NCBI GenBank assembly: GCA_965116885.1
Contig: OZ220741.1
Span: 4,352,001 to 4,416,000, forward strand
Reading direction: 5' to 3'
Length of the DNA stretch: 64,000 bases
Source: Candidatus Latescibacterota bacterium
Lineage (GTDB): Bacteria > Latescibacterota > UBA2968
The position numbers and the translations under genes are program-made. Every line of letters begins with the position of its first letter. Within the stretch, counting starts at the first letter, position 1. Below the pieces are notes generated by a model. It did not search any database and was not told the origin of the DNA. It saw only the letters and a program-made list of their open reading frames with translations. This document shows, piece by piece, positions 49,071 to 59,308 of the stretch.

Positions 49071-51741
49071 GGTTACCCAATTCTACTGGAATCTCATCAC
49101 TCAACTGATTGTTGCTAAGATCCAATGTCGTAAGATTGGACAGGTTACCCAATTCTACTGGAATCTCATCACTCAACTGATTGCTGTGAAGAGACAGTAT
49201 CGTAAGATTAGACAGGTTGCCCAACTCTGGTGGAATCTGACCTTCTAACTGATTGTCGCCGAGGTCCAGGGTAGTGAGACTGGACAGATTGCCCAATTCT
49301 GGTGGAAGCTCGCCACTCAACTGATTGCCCCAAAGATGCAATTGCGTGAGATTGGAAAGGGCGAACAATTCGGAGGGGATTGCAGTCAGTTGATTCCCTG
49401 CCAGACCGAGCCAACTGAGCGCGGTCAGGTCATCAAAGAAACCATCGGGCAAGCTACTGAGTTGATTCCCTTCCAGGCTGAGCGTTGTCAGACCAGTCAG
49501 ACCAGAAAAATCGCCAGACTTCAATTCTGTGAGGTTTGCATCATCCAAAATAAGAGAATTTATTGCAGATAGATGCTCCGCGGTCACATCGCCGCAAGCA
49601 CTTACAGGCACTTGTGCCACAATCCTGTCGCGCACGGCAGGCGTGCGGTCACATACCGGCACCCCTAACTCTACGCCACAATTCGAGCCATTGTGATCTG
49701 TAATACCCTGAAGCCACGTCTGAAAGGCGGCCTCAAGTGGCGCGCATAGCCCTGTGTTATGAAAGTAAAATCGCTTCAACTTTGTCAGCCCGGTCAGGCT
49801 TTGGGGAATCGCACCCGTCAAGGACGCATTATCTTCGAGCCTCAGAGACTCCAGATCGGAGAGTTTACCCAATTCTACCGGAACCCTACCACTCAACCGA
49901 TTGCCTTGAAGCGTTAGTACTATAAGGTTAGAAAGATTGCCCAATGCTTTGGGTATCTCACCACTCAACTGACTACGGTTAAGACCCAGAACCTCAAGAT
50001 TGGACAGGTTACCCAATTCTTTTGGAATCTCGCCACCCAACTGATTGTTGCCGAGGTCCAGGGTAGTGAGACTGGACAGATTGCCCAATTCTTTGGGAAT
50101 CTCACCTTCCAGTTGATTAGTATGAAGCCATAGGCCCTCAAGGTTAGACAGATTGCCCAATGCTGGTGGAATCTCGCCAACCAACTGATTGTCGCGAAGA
50201 CTCAGTGATATAAGATTAGACAGATTGCCCAATGCTGGTGGAATTGCACCTTCCAACTGATTGTTGTAAAGAACCAGTACCTTAAGATTAGACAGATTGC
50301 CCAATGCTGGTGGAATTGCACCTTCCAGTTGATTAGTATGAAGCCATAGGCCCTCAAGGTTAGACAGATTACCCAATTCTGTTGGAATCTCACCACTTAA
50401 CTGAGTGTCGTTAAGCCATAGTTCCGTAAGGTCAGATAGATCGCCCAATTCTGGTGGAATCGCACCTTCCAGTTGATTAGTACTAAGCCATAGGCCCTCA
50501 AGGTTAGAAAGGTTACCCAATGCTGGTGGAATTGCACCATCCAACCGATTGTTGTAAAGAGCCAGATGCGTGAGGTTAGACAGATTGCCCAATTCTGGTG
50601 GAATTGCACCTTCCAACTGATTGTTGTAAAGAACCAGATGCGTGAGGTTAGACAGATTGCCCAATGCTTTGGGAATCTCACCACTCAACTGAGTGTCGTT
50701 AAGCCATAGTTCCGTAAGGTTAGACAGATTGCCCAATGCTTTGGGAATCTCACCACTCAACTGAGTGTTGTTAAGCCATAGTTCCGTAAGGTCAGATAGA
50801 TCGCCCAATTCTTTTGGTATCTCGCCACCTAACCGATTTCTTTCAATATCCAGTACCCTGAGATTGGACAGATTACCCAATTCTTTTGGGATTCCACCAT
50901 CCAACCGATTGTTGTAAAGAACCAGATGCGTGAGGTTAGACAGGTTGCCCAATGCTGTTGGAATCTCGCCATCCAACCGATTGCCCCAAAGCCATAGTTC
51001 CGTAAGGTTGGATAGGCTACCCAATTCTTTGGGAATCGCACCACCCAACCGATTGTCGCTAAGACTCAGGAATGTAAGATTAGACAGGTTGCCCAATTCT
51101 TTTGGAATCTCGCCACCCAACAGATTACGGGTAAGACTCAGGAACGTAAGGTTAGAAAGGGCGAATAACTCTGAGGGGATTGCAGTCAGTCGATTAACTC
51201 CCATATCGAGCCAACTAAGCGCGGTCAGATCATCAAAAAAACCATCGGGCAGGCTACTGAGTCGATTCTCTCGCAGGTTGAGCTTTGTCAGACCAATCAG
51301 ACCAGATAAATCCCCGGCCTTCAACTCTGTGAGACGTGCACCAGATAGACTCAGAGAATCTATTGCTGATAGATGTGCCGCTGTCACATCCCCACAAGTG
51401 CTTACAGGCACCAATGCCACAATTGAGTCACGCACGGCAGGCGTGCGGTCACATACCGGCACCACTACTGCCTGTGACGGCACTTCTTTGCCAAACAAAT
51501 CGACAAATATCAAAAAGTCAGGAATACCTATCACACCATTGCCATCCAGATCATATTTGGTTTGATAGGTCCCATCACCACGACTTGATCCAAACTGCTC
51601 CACAAATAACAAAAAGTCGGGAATACCTACCACACCATCTCCATCAAAGTCCGCAGAACGTGTCGTATTCGCAGAAGCATTCCACACACACACCAGCACT
51701 GCAAGAGCGACAACATTCATAAACACCCATCTCTTTTTCAA
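48877..51741 (-). CDS. Secreted EF-hand/dockerin-like + plant-type 24-aa LRR protein (two LRR blocks)
   Basis: Signal peptide; DFDGDG.VG..DF x2; LxxLxLxxNxLxGxIPxxLGNLSN repeats; CDRT N-caps and NTGLCAP C-caps. Confidence 0.9.
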   Translation of the reverse strand: MKKRWVFMNVVALAVLVCVWNASANTTRSADFDGDGVVGIPDFLLFVEQFGSSRGDGTYQTKYDLDGNGVIGIPDFLIFVDLFGKEVPSQAVVVPVCDRTPAVRDSIVALVPVSTCGDVTAAHLSAIDSLSLSGARLTELKAGDLSGLIGLTKLNLRENRLSSLPDGFFDDLTALSWLDMGVNRLTAIPSELFALSNLTFLSLTRNLLGGEIPKELGNLSNLTFLSLSDNRLGGAIPKELGSLSNLTELWLWGNRLDGEIPTALGNLSNLTHLVLYNNRLDGGIPKELGNLSNLRVLDIERNRLGGEIPKELGDLSDLTELWLNNTQLSGEIPKALGNLSNLTELWLNDTQLSGEIPKALGNLSNLTHLVLYNNQLEGAIPPELGNLSNLTHLALYNNRLDGAIPPALGNLSNLEGLWLSTNQLEGAIPPELGDLSDLTELWLNDTQLSGEIPTELGNLSNLEGLWLHTNQLEGAIPPALGNLSNLKVLVLYNNQLEGAIPPALGNLSNLISLSLRDNQLVGEIPPALGNLSNLEGLWLHTNQLEGEIPKELGNLSSLTTLDLGNNQLGGEIPKELGNLSNLEVLGLNRSQLSGEIPKALGNLSNLIVLTLQGNRLSGRVPVELGKLSDLESLRLEDNASLTGAIPQSLTGLTKLKRFYFHNTGLCAPLEAAFQTWLQGITDHNGSNCGVELGVPVCDRTPAVRDRIVAQVPVSACGDVTAEHLSAINSLILDDANLTELKSGDFSGLTGLTTLSLEGNQLSSLPDGFFDDLTALSWLGLAGNQLTAIPSELFALSNLTQLHLWGNQLSGELPPELGNLSSLTTLDLGDNQLEGQIPPELGNLSNLTILSLHSNQLSDEIPVELGNLSNLTTLDLSNNQLSDEIPVELGNLSNLETLWLQDNASLMGALPQSLPGLTKLKQFYFHNTGLCAPLDAAFQAWLQGITDAAGSNCSG

Positions 51742-51851
51742 TTCTAACCTCCTTCAATAGATGTGACCCCAAACAGGAACAAGTCTCAAAAATTCTGTCA
51801 AAAGGTAGCCCCGTGATAGAGGTGGTGGTTTTATGTCAAGGTATTTATAAA

Positions 51852-51867
51852 TGCAAAAACCGTGCCA
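51852..51867 (-). promoter_or_regulatory. sigma54 (-24/-12) promoter of the LRR gene
   Basis: Minus strand TGGCACGGTTTTTGCA; IHF-like TAAAGGATTGTTT at 51899-51911. Confidence 0.8.
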
Positions 51868-51923
51868 ATAGGCGCGTTGTTATAGGGCGCAATACGCGTA
51901 AAGGATTGTTTTAAAAAAGAAAA

Positions 51924-51973
51924 AGAGCCAATCTGACTATATCATATCGTCGCAGAATAGTCGGATTGGCTCT
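51924..51973. promoter_or_regulatory. 17-bp inverted repeat, candidate activator binding site
   Basis: AGAGCCAATCTGACTAT-N16-ATAGTCGGATTGGCTCT (16/17) between the sigma54 promoter and the divergent activator. Confidence 0.5.
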
Positions 51974-52148
51974 AAAAAAAAGACTTTATATGGTCTAAAA
52001 GACGTACTATGGTCTCTATGGTCCTGAGATTATTACACCCTTCATTATTTCTGTTTGCAGGTGTGAGATTCAATATTATGTTTCTTTTATAAGCAGGAGA
52101 TTCTCTTTTTGAATTCGTTTTTTTACCCATATCAAAAGGTTCTTTCTT

Positions 52149-55100
52149 ATGATCAAACCGCTTGTCCGCACGGGCACCTACCGGACTTATTCTATGGCCG
52201 ATGGCCTGGCCGGGGTGCGCATTGAACACATTGCCGAAGATAGCGAGGGGTGTATCTGGTTCGCCACATGGGAAAACGGCGTCAGCCGCTTTGATGGGGA
52301 CGAGTTTCAAAATTTTACGCAACAGAACGGACTTATTGATGATCGTACCTATTTTGTTACACAAGACAGTCAGAACCGATTGTGGTTTGGGACAGCAAAT
52401 GGCGTCTGCTGGTACGACGGAGCCAGATTCCACCATTTGAAGGACGATGGGATTGCAGACCGAGACGTGCGGTGTATCTACGAAGACAATGAAGGCCGTG
52501 TATGGTTCGGTGGTACCCGTACTATAGGGTATTACGATGGCACTGCTTTCCACGACATGATTCCGCTCTACCTGCAAGACTACGAAGAGCCTCCTTCTCC
52601 CAAGTGGCGTCCGTGTTGGGGTATTACTCAGGATCCGCAAGGACACCTGTGGTTCGGCTTTAACTACCTCATCCGCTTCGATGGTGAATCCTTCCACCGC
52701 TACGATGAGAAAGACGGTTTCTCTCAGGAAGGGACCGCCTATGCCGTAGATACGGATCATACCGGCAAAGTGTGGGTCGGACGGTTCGAAAATCGAGATG
52801 AAGTCTGGTGCTATGCCAATGGCACCTTCCAATCTGTTCAGGTCGATTTAGGTGGCGCACTGCGCAAAATACAGTGTGACCGTGAAGGGCGAATGTGGTT
52901 CTGTACGTCAGAAGGGGGATTGTATCAGGACGGTGATGGCTTTAGCAGGTTTACCATTGCCGATGGTTTGCCCCATCCCGCAGTCAAAGCCGTGTTTGAG
53001 GATCGAGATCATCAGTTCTGGTTTGCCACCTGGGGCGGCGTCGGTCTTTACGATGCACATAGTATCAGTGTTTTTGACCTCGATAAGGCTTCTCCCAAAG
53101 AGAAAGAGCCGAGCGAGATCTCGCAGATCGTACAAGACCGGCAAGGTGATATATGGATCGGGTGTGTATCACCCATTTTTTCCTATCTGAACAAAAGCGT
53201 CGCCCGCTTCGATGGTGAGCGCTTTGCATTTGTAGGCTCCGAGCAAGGCTTTGATCTCGACAACTGTTTCTCTATGTACGAGGATCACGAGGGATATATG
53301 TGGTTTGGCGGTCTCAATGGCCTGTTCCGCTACGATGGACAAGAATTCAAAAAGATGAAAATAGCTGCGGTTTCAGGCGACAGGAGTATCAGTGCAATTG
53401 CCCAGGACTTGCAGGGTCAATTCCTTTTCGGCTATTGGAAAAAGGACACTTATAAAACCCAATTTATGATAAAAGCAGAACTCTCGATCAGCCCCTTAAA
53501 GATCATTTACCAGCGGGACGAAACATTCCAAACCATTTTTGTAGAGAAAAAAAAGAAAGATGCTTTAGACCGTATTGGCACTGTGATTGCCGGGCGAGAT
53601 GGCGAGGTCTATTTTCATCTGGTCTGCCACAATTTTTCAGTTGGCAACAGGGGCCTGGCGCGGTGGCATCCCGAAGATGGTCTTAAATTTTATGGCATTG
53701 AAGATGGACTGATCGACGACAGGGTCACAGACCTTATAGAAGACCGCAATAGCAACCTGTGGATCGCTACTCTGAGTGGTCTTTGTCGCTTTGATGGCAA
53801 CACCTTCCAGACCTTCACGACAGACGATGGGCTGCCGAGCAACCGCATCCGTTGTTTGTTCGAGGATCGAAAAGGCCACATCTGGATTGGTACAGACAGG
53901 GGTGTGACGCACTTTGATGGTCAGCTTTTCCAGACCATCAACTCACCGCATATAGGACTGGTTTGTCGGATATTCGAAGATCGCGATGGAACATTCTATT
54001 TTGGCACGCTTCTGGGTTCTATCATACGCTACCGCCTGCGGCAAACTTCGCCCCGGATTCACTTGATACAAGTGATTGCTGATCAAGACTATGAGAATCT
54101 GGAGGAAGTCATCGTATCCACGGCGGGACAGCAGGTGATTTTCGAGTACAAGGGTCTGAGCTTTTCCACACACCCCAGCGACATGCTCTACATCTATCGC
54201 CTGAATGGCTATGACGCCGACTGGCAACCAGCGACCCGAAAGATGCGGGCGCATTACCGGGGCCTGCCACCGGGAGACTACACCTTCCAGGTCCGGGCTA
54301 TAGATCGCGATCTCAATTACTCAGAGATCGCGCAAGCGCGCCTCTCGATCACAGAAGACCCGCGTATCGAAGCATTGACCGACGTCATCAACCGGCGAGA
54401 AAGCCAGCAGTTTATTGGTCATAGCGTGGCTCTGCGCCAGTTTCAGACCAATCTTGAAAAAATTGCATCTACCAATATGACCGTGCTGGTTCTGGGCGAG
54501 ACAGGTGTGGGCAAGGGACTGGCTGCTCGAACACTACACGCGCTGAGTGCCAATAGCGACGGCCCTTTTATAGAGGTCAGTTGCGGTGCATTACCCGAAG
54601 CGTTGATCGACAGTGAGTTGTTTGGTCACGAGAGAGGGGCTTTTACTGGCGCAGTTTTCCACAGGCTGGGCAGGGTGGAACTGGCAGAGGGTGGTACGCT
54701 CTTTCTGGATGAGATCGGCGATATGGCTGTGGAAACGCAGTCCAAACTGTTGCGCTTGCTGGAAGAGGGCAGGTTTGAACGCATTGGGAGCAGCGAAACG
54801 CAGATGGCAAAGACGCGGGTTGTGGCAGCGACCAATCGCGACTTAAAGGAGATGGTCCGCACAGGTGATTTCCGGGAGGATCTGTATTACCGCCTCAATG
54901 CCTTTCCGATGTATTTGCCGCCGCTTCGCGAGCGCAAGGAGGATATACCAGAGTTGGCCGAGTTTTTCAAGACTCGCATGGCGACGCATCTGGGCAAGCG
55001 AATTGCTCCCCTGACACCTGAAATTATCGAGGTGTTGCAAAGCTACGATTGGCCGGGCAATGTGCGGGAACTGGAACATACCATACAGCGAGCCGTGGTT

Positions 55101-55367
55101 TTATGCCCTGATTCTCAAATCAGAAAGGGGAATCTGGGACTGTATGGTTCTCAAATCGAAGATACAGGTCATAAAGGGCAGACCTTATCGGCACCTCAAG
55201 ATCGAGAAGTCGAGTCTTTAGCAGAAATAGAGCGGCGCCACATTCTCGACGCGCTCGAAGCCACCAAATATCGGATAAAGGGACCCAGGGGCGCGGCGAA
55301 GAGGCTTGGCGTACCGCCTTCTACGCTGTATGGAAAAATAAACAGACTGGGCATCAAACTAAGCTGA
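52149..55367 (+). CDS. sigma54 enhancer-binding protein with Reg_prop beta-propeller and Y_Y_Y sensor domains
   Basis: ED..G.IW.GT..G repeats; YIYRL.GYD.DW...[51 protein letters not shown]-terminal HTH. Confidence 0.92.
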   Translation: MIKPLVRTGTYRTYSMADGLAGVRIEHIAEDSEGCIWFATWENGVSRFDGDEFQNFTQQNGLIDDRTYFVTQDSQNRLWFGTANGVCWYDGARFHHLKDDGIADRDVRCIYEDNEGRVWFGGTRTIGYYDGTAFHDMIPLYLQDYEEPPSPKWRPCWGITQDPQGHLWFGFNYLIRFDGESFHRYDEKDGFSQEGTAYAVDTDHTGKVWVGRFENRDEVWCYANGTFQSVQVDLGGALRKIQCDREGRMWFCTSEGGLYQDGDGFSRFTIADGLPHPAVKAVFEDRDHQFWFATWGGVGLYDAHSISVFDLDKASPKEKEPSEISQIVQDRQGDIWIGCVSPIFSYLNKSVARFDGERFAFVGSEQGFDLDNCFSMYEDHEGYMWFGGLNGLFRYDGQEFKKMKIAAVSGDRSISAIAQDLQGQFLFGYWKKDTYKTQFMIKAELSISPLKIIYQRDETFQTIFVEKKKKDALDRIGTVIAGRDGEVYFHLVCHNFSVGNRGLARWHPEDGLKFYGIEDGLIDDRVTDLIEDRNSNLWIATLSGLCRFDGNTFQTFTTDDGLPSNRIRCLFEDRKGHIWIGTDRGVTHFDGQLFQTINSPHIGLVCRIFEDRDGTFYFGTLLGSIIRYRLRQTSPRIHLIQVIADQDYENLEEVIVSTAGQQVIFEYKGLSFSTHPSDMLYIYRLNGYDADWQPATRKMRAHYRGLPPGDYTFQVRAIDRDLNYSEIAQARLSITEDPRIEALTDVINRRESQQFIGHSVALRQFQTNLEKIASTNMTVLVLGETGVGKGLAARTLHALSANSDGPFIEVSCGALPEALIDSELFGHERGAFTGAVFHRLGRVELAEGGTLFLDEIGDMAVETQSKLLRLLEEGRFERIGSSETQMAKTRVVAATNRDLKEMVRTGDFREDLYYRLNAFPMYLPPLRERKEDIPELAEFFKTRMATHLGKRIAPLTPEIIEVLQSYDWPGNVRELEHTIQRAVVLCPDSQIRKGNLGLYGSQIEDTGHKGQTLSAPQDREVESLAEIERRHILDALEATKYRIKGPRGAAKRLGVPPSTLYGKINRLGIKLS

Positions 55368-55413
55368 CCACGCATGTATTTCAGTGGCTTTTAAGCGGCC
55401 CATTAATTCGCAA

Positions 55414-55680
55414 TCACCGGGTCCGCGTTTTTTTACGCGCGAAGGCATCCAGCTCCTGCCGAACGGTTGAACTACTGGCGTAGTTGTACCCCGCTCGACC
55501 GGACAGTTCGGCATAGCGCTGCGTTGTCTGCAAATTGCGATGACCGAGTAGCTGGCGCACTGTACCAACCCCCACGCCACTGTTCACCAGCTCCGTCGCA
55601 GCCGTGTGCCGAAGCTGGTGGATTTCGCATTTGAAGCCCGGTTTCGGCCAACAGGGTGAAGAGCAGGCGTTCCCGCGGTT
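55414..55680 (-). pseudogene. Internally deleted tyrosine recombinase relic (not in ORF track)
   Basis: PRERLLFTLLAETGL (box I) joined out of frame to GFKCEIHQLRHTAATEL...LLGHRNLQTTQRYAEL (box II). Confidence 0.8.
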
Positions 55681-55706
55681 TTGAATTCGGAATTCGGCAA
55701 CATCAA

Positions 55707-55725
55707 CTAAAGCGGGGTAACTCCA
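55707..55725 (-). mobile_element. IS3-like terminal inverted repeat (right copy)
   Basis: AAGCGGGGTAACTCCA, ends in CA. Confidence 0.55.
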
Positions 55726-55738
55726 TTCATTAACACCC

Positions 55739-57799
55739 TCAAAAGCTCATTTCAACCCCTCTGCGTTGAAGGGCTGGAATATGTGTCCTGAGTGATTCGG
55801 CACTTAACGGATTATTCTGTACACCAACCACATCTCCGCTGCCCAATCCCGTATTTGCGACCAGAGGCGCAAGATCCGAGATGCTGTTGTAGTAAAGCCA
55901 CAGCTGTTCCAGATTGGTCAAGCCTGAGAGTGCGGACAAATCTGTGATGTTGTTATTGTCAAGACGCAGTTCTTCCAGATTGGTCAAGCCTGATAATGGC
56001 GTGATATTCGAGATGTTGTTGCGACCAAGAAGCAACTTTTTCAGATTGGTCAAGCCTGACAGCGCGGACAAATCTCTGATGCTGTTCAACGTAAGATTCA
56101 GATAAGTCAGATTGGTCAAGCCTGACAGCGCGGACAAATCTCTAATTTCGTTCACGTTAAGAAACAGCGTTCCCAAGCGGGTCAAATTTGATAGCGCAGA
56201 TACATCCGAGATGGCGTTGACACGAAGATCCAGATAAGTCAAGTTGGTCAAGCCTGATAGGGTAGATAAATCTGAGATGGTGTTGTTAAAAAGGGTCAGA
56301 TATTCCAGGCTGGTCAGGCTTGAGAGAGGTGTGATATCCGAGATAGCGTTATGAGAAAGATGTAGATAGGTCAGGTTGGTCAAGCCTGAAAGGAGCGAGA
56401 TGTCGGATATCTCGTTGCTGTTGGAAAACGGATCAATCACACCGGAACCAAGATGTAGCCACACCAGATTGACAGCAAACTCAAGCCCTGTCAAATCCCT
56501 GACATTCCTATCCCGAGCGCCAAAGCGCGTCAAGGCCGCCATTTCAGCTACCGTGATTAGTGCCCCTTGCTCTTTGCCAAGACTGTCCTCGATAACAGCG
56601 CGCAGATTAACATCTGGAATACTTACATAAAAAGAAATCTCAACCCCTCTGCGGAGCAGGGTTACAATATGCGTTTTGCGTGATGTGTCACTCAACGAAG
56701 TTTCTCTCACATCAATCTCATCTCCACTACCCAATCCCGTATTTGCCACCAGCGGCGCGAGGTCTGAGATGCTGGTCTTGTAAAGTTTTAGACTTTCCAG
56801 ATTAGTTAAGCCTGAGAGTGCTGAAACATCACTGATACCGGTACCTGAAAGATCCAGCCTTTCCAGATTGGTCAAGGCAGACAACACAGATACATCATTG
56901 ATACTGGTGAAGGACAGATCCAGATCTGTCAAGTTGACCAGGACAGACAGCGCTGAAACATCACTGATGCTGGTATTAGCAAGAATCAGCCTTTCCAGGC
57001 CGGTCAAGGCAGATAGTGCTGACACATCCCTTATGAAGTTGAAGGACAGATCCAGATCTTTCAGATTGGTCAAAACTGACAGTACTGAAACATCACCAAT
57101 GAAGTTGGAGGAAAGATCCAACGACCTAAGACGGATCAGGCCGGACAATGCTGACAGATCAGTAATTCTGTTATTAGCAAGACTTAGCCTTTCCAGACTG
57201 GCCAAGACAGACAGCGCTGACACATCCTTGATGCTGATGCCGGAAATATCCAGTGTTGTCAGGCTGGTCAGGCTTGAGAGAGGTGAGAAATCGGTTATCT
57301 CGTTGCTATTGAGAAACTTATTCTCCACGCTCTCGCCACCAAGATCTATCCATATCAGATTAGTTGCAAACTCAAGCCCGGCCAAATCTCTGATATTCTT
57401 GTTCCGCGCCTCAAGGCGCCTCAAGGCCGCCATCTCACTCTGAGTGATCGGCGCACCGCTCGCCTTGCCGAAAATACCTTCAATAACAGCGCGTAAATTC
57501 CCATCCGGAATAGCAACCAGTGCTGCACCATCACCGCCAGAGGAAGGCTCCCCTTTGCCAAAGCTGCTGCTAAAGAGCAGAAAATCGCCAAAGCCAATTT
57601 CGCCATCGCTGTCCAGGTCGTACTTCGCGTCATATCGCCCATCGCCCTGACGCGCTCCAAACTGACCTGCAAACGCCAAAAAGTCGGCAAAATCAACCTG
57701 GCCATTGCCATCAAAATCAGCAGAAACTTGTCCCGAAAGAGATAGCGGATACACCAAAAGCGCGAGTGTGGATAGTATGAACAAAATAAGGTTACGCAT
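55739..57799 (-). CDS. Secreted EF-hand/dockerin-like + internalin-type 22-aa LRR protein
   Basis: Signal peptide; DFDGNGQVDFADF; IPD.NLRAVIE caps x2; I.D.S.LS.LT.L..L.L..N repeats. Confidence 0.9.
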   Translation of the reverse strand: MRNLILFILSTLALLVYPLSLSGQVSADFDGNGQVDFADFLAFAGQFGARQGDGRYDAKYDLDSDGEIGFGDFLLFSSSFGKGEPSSGGDGAALVAIPDGNLRAVIEGIFGKASGAPITQSEMAALRRLEARNKNIRDLAGLEFATNLIWIDLGGESVENKFLNSNEITDFSPLSSLTSLTTLDISGISIKDVSALSVLASLERLSLANNRITDLSALSGLIRLRSLDLSSNFIGDVSVLSVLTNLKDLDLSFNFIRDVSALSALTGLERLILANTSISDVSALSVLVNLTDLDLSFTSINDVSVLSALTNLERLDLSGTGISDVSALSGLTNLESLKLYKTSISDLAPLVANTGLGSGDEIDVRETSLSDTSRKTHIVTLLRRGVEISFYVSIPDVNLRAVIEDSLGKEQGALITVAEMAALTRFGARDRNVRDLTGLEFAVNLVWLHLGSGVIDPFSNSNEISDISLLSGLTNLTYLHLSHNAISDITPLSSLTSLEYLTLFNNTISDLSTLSGLTNLTYLDLRVNAISDVSALSNLTRLGTLFLNVNEIRDLSALSGLTNLTYLNLTLNSIRDLSALSGLTNLKKLLLGRNNISNITPLSGLTNLEELRLDNNNITDLSALSGLTNLEQLWLYYNSISDLAPLVANTGLGSGDVVGVQNNPLSAESLRTHIPALQRRGVEMSF

Positions 57800-57983
57800 T
57801 GGTCTTTCTTTTCTTTGTGTCATCAATCTCCTTGAAGGCTTCCGCATAGTCTTTTGCGGCATATAACTGTTCTGCATGAATCAGATGCTTGTCCGCCATG
57901 ATCTCCGGCGGTAGTTGGGCAGATGCAACTGTGAAGAAGCCCAATAAGACTGTAAAAAGAATGCCTTTGATTATGCTCTGCAT
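57792..57983 (-). pseudogene. Truncated copy of the QLPPE signal-peptide/TPR module
   Basis: MQSIIKG..LGFFTVASAQLPPEIMADKHL, similar to the 44887 gene N-terminus; stops after 63 aa. Confidence 0.7.
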
Positions 57984-58160
57984 GGTGTACCTTCCTTCCG
58001 TTGGTGTTTCTGTAAAGAATTAAGAACTAAATTGAATCTGCTGATAGGGCCACACGCGCATAGGGGACGGGCGCCGGATCATCCCTCTTCCTGCCGACGC
58101 CCGGCTTGTCCCAACCCTATGCCTGATAATACCTGCCTGGGAGAGCGGGTTGGGGTCAGT

Positions 58161-59291
58161 TTATAGCTTCACCGGTAGTTCATAATTCCATTCTTCGAAA
58201 GCAAATCGCCAGTCCCGTGAGATGCGCTTCATAGCGGCAGGATCTGGCTCGAATGTATTTTTTTGGTAGTCCGAAAGCGTGCTCAGGTACTCGACGACCG
58301 CCTGCTTTCCTCCGCTTTCCCAACCGGACAATCCGAGAATCGCGTAGATGCGTTCCAGTTCGCCCAGTGGATCAGCTACGAGGTCCTCGTACTTCACTTC
58401 CGCCAGATTGCCTTCTGAGATCAAAGCTCTGTCCTTCAGGTACTGCTTCATCAACACCTGGTACTCGAAAACCACAAAATTCGCAAAATCTTCTGGATCA
58501 TCCTCCAGGAGAAATAACTCGCTCATCTTCCTTAATGTATGAATCACCGAGTAATAGACATCGCATGGGTTTCTTGCGATATGAATGAATTTGGCATTGG
58601 GGAAAAGGCGCAGGATGTGGGGGATTCGACCGGTGTTGGTGGGGCTTTTGAGTACCAACTGCTTTCCACCGCCCGCAAATGTGGCTTTTTTAATGATGTC
58701 CATGATGACGGCGTCCCAGCGCGCCAGTTGCTGACCTGTTAGCCCCCTCATGAAGACATATCTTTGAAGGTATTCCAACGCCCTGGAAGGGAATGTAAGG
58801 AAGTGCGCAAAGGATAGCTCAGAGGAATTAGCAATCGCAAATTCTTCCTCGTTCGGCATGTCCATTGTTATTTTAACATCATCCTGCGGACGTTTCGGAT
58901 CGAGTTGCTTGGCCATGAAACGCTTGATCCAACCACGGCCGATCAAAAAGAATGTCGGGACGATGGATTGGAACAGCGAGACGATTGCGAACTGCGGATC
59001 GCGTGTCAGGAGATAGTGCAAGTGCGTCGTACCCGTGCGGGCATGTCCGATGATAAAGATCGGTGGATGCGCTATCTTCGTCCGAGCCACGGCACGCCCG
59101 TAGCGCATCTTTTCGATCAAGCGTAGTGGTACCATCAGCGCCGAGCCGATGAGAATCCGCCTCACTCGTTCCCGGTGCTGGGGCGCAACCCTCACTCCGT
59201 CCTGACCCCAGAGGAGCCTCGCCCAAACGCGCAACGGTGCGGGCGTGTTGGGGTGATCTACATTCTTGGACTGTGGCTTCTTAGCAGGTAT
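58161..59291 (-). CDS. Sulfotransferase (Stf3-like); start codon uncertain
   Basis: PIFIIGHARTGTT.LH 5'-PSB loop, KSP.NT.R, HIARNP, YEDLV.DP. Confidence 0.85.
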   Translation of the reverse strand: MPAKKPQSKNVDHPNTPAPLRVWARLLWGQDGVRVAPQHRERVRRILIGSALMVPLRLIEKMRYGRAVARTKIAHPPIFIIGHARTGTTHLHYLLTRDPQFAIVSLFQSIVPTFFLIGRGWIKRFMAKQLDPKRPQDDVKITMDMPNEEEFAIANSSELSFAHFLTFPSRALEYLQRYVFMRGLTGQQLARWDAVIMDIIKKATFAGGGKQLVLKSPTNTGRIPHILRLFPNAKFIHIARNPCDVYYSVIHTLRKMSELFLLEDDPEDFANFVVFEYQVLMKQYLKDRALISEGNLAEVKYEDLVADPLGELERIYAILGLSGWESGGKQAVVEYLSTLSDYQKNTFEPDPAAMKRISRDWRFAFEEWNYELPVKL

Positions 59292-59308
59292 TTTGACACT
59301 CCATTTTG

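Noticed and set aside
49000..51200. CRISPR-like periodic repeats (also 61.8-63.8 kb and 55.9-57.3 kb)
   Set aside because: The 72-nt and 66-nt periods are in-frame LRR codons; no unique spacers or cas genes.
51972..52832. 286-aa minus-strand ORF (also 43703..44599 +, 18800..19558 +, 35701..36537 +)
   Set aside because: Antisense shadows of well-supported genes, with no recognisable motifs.
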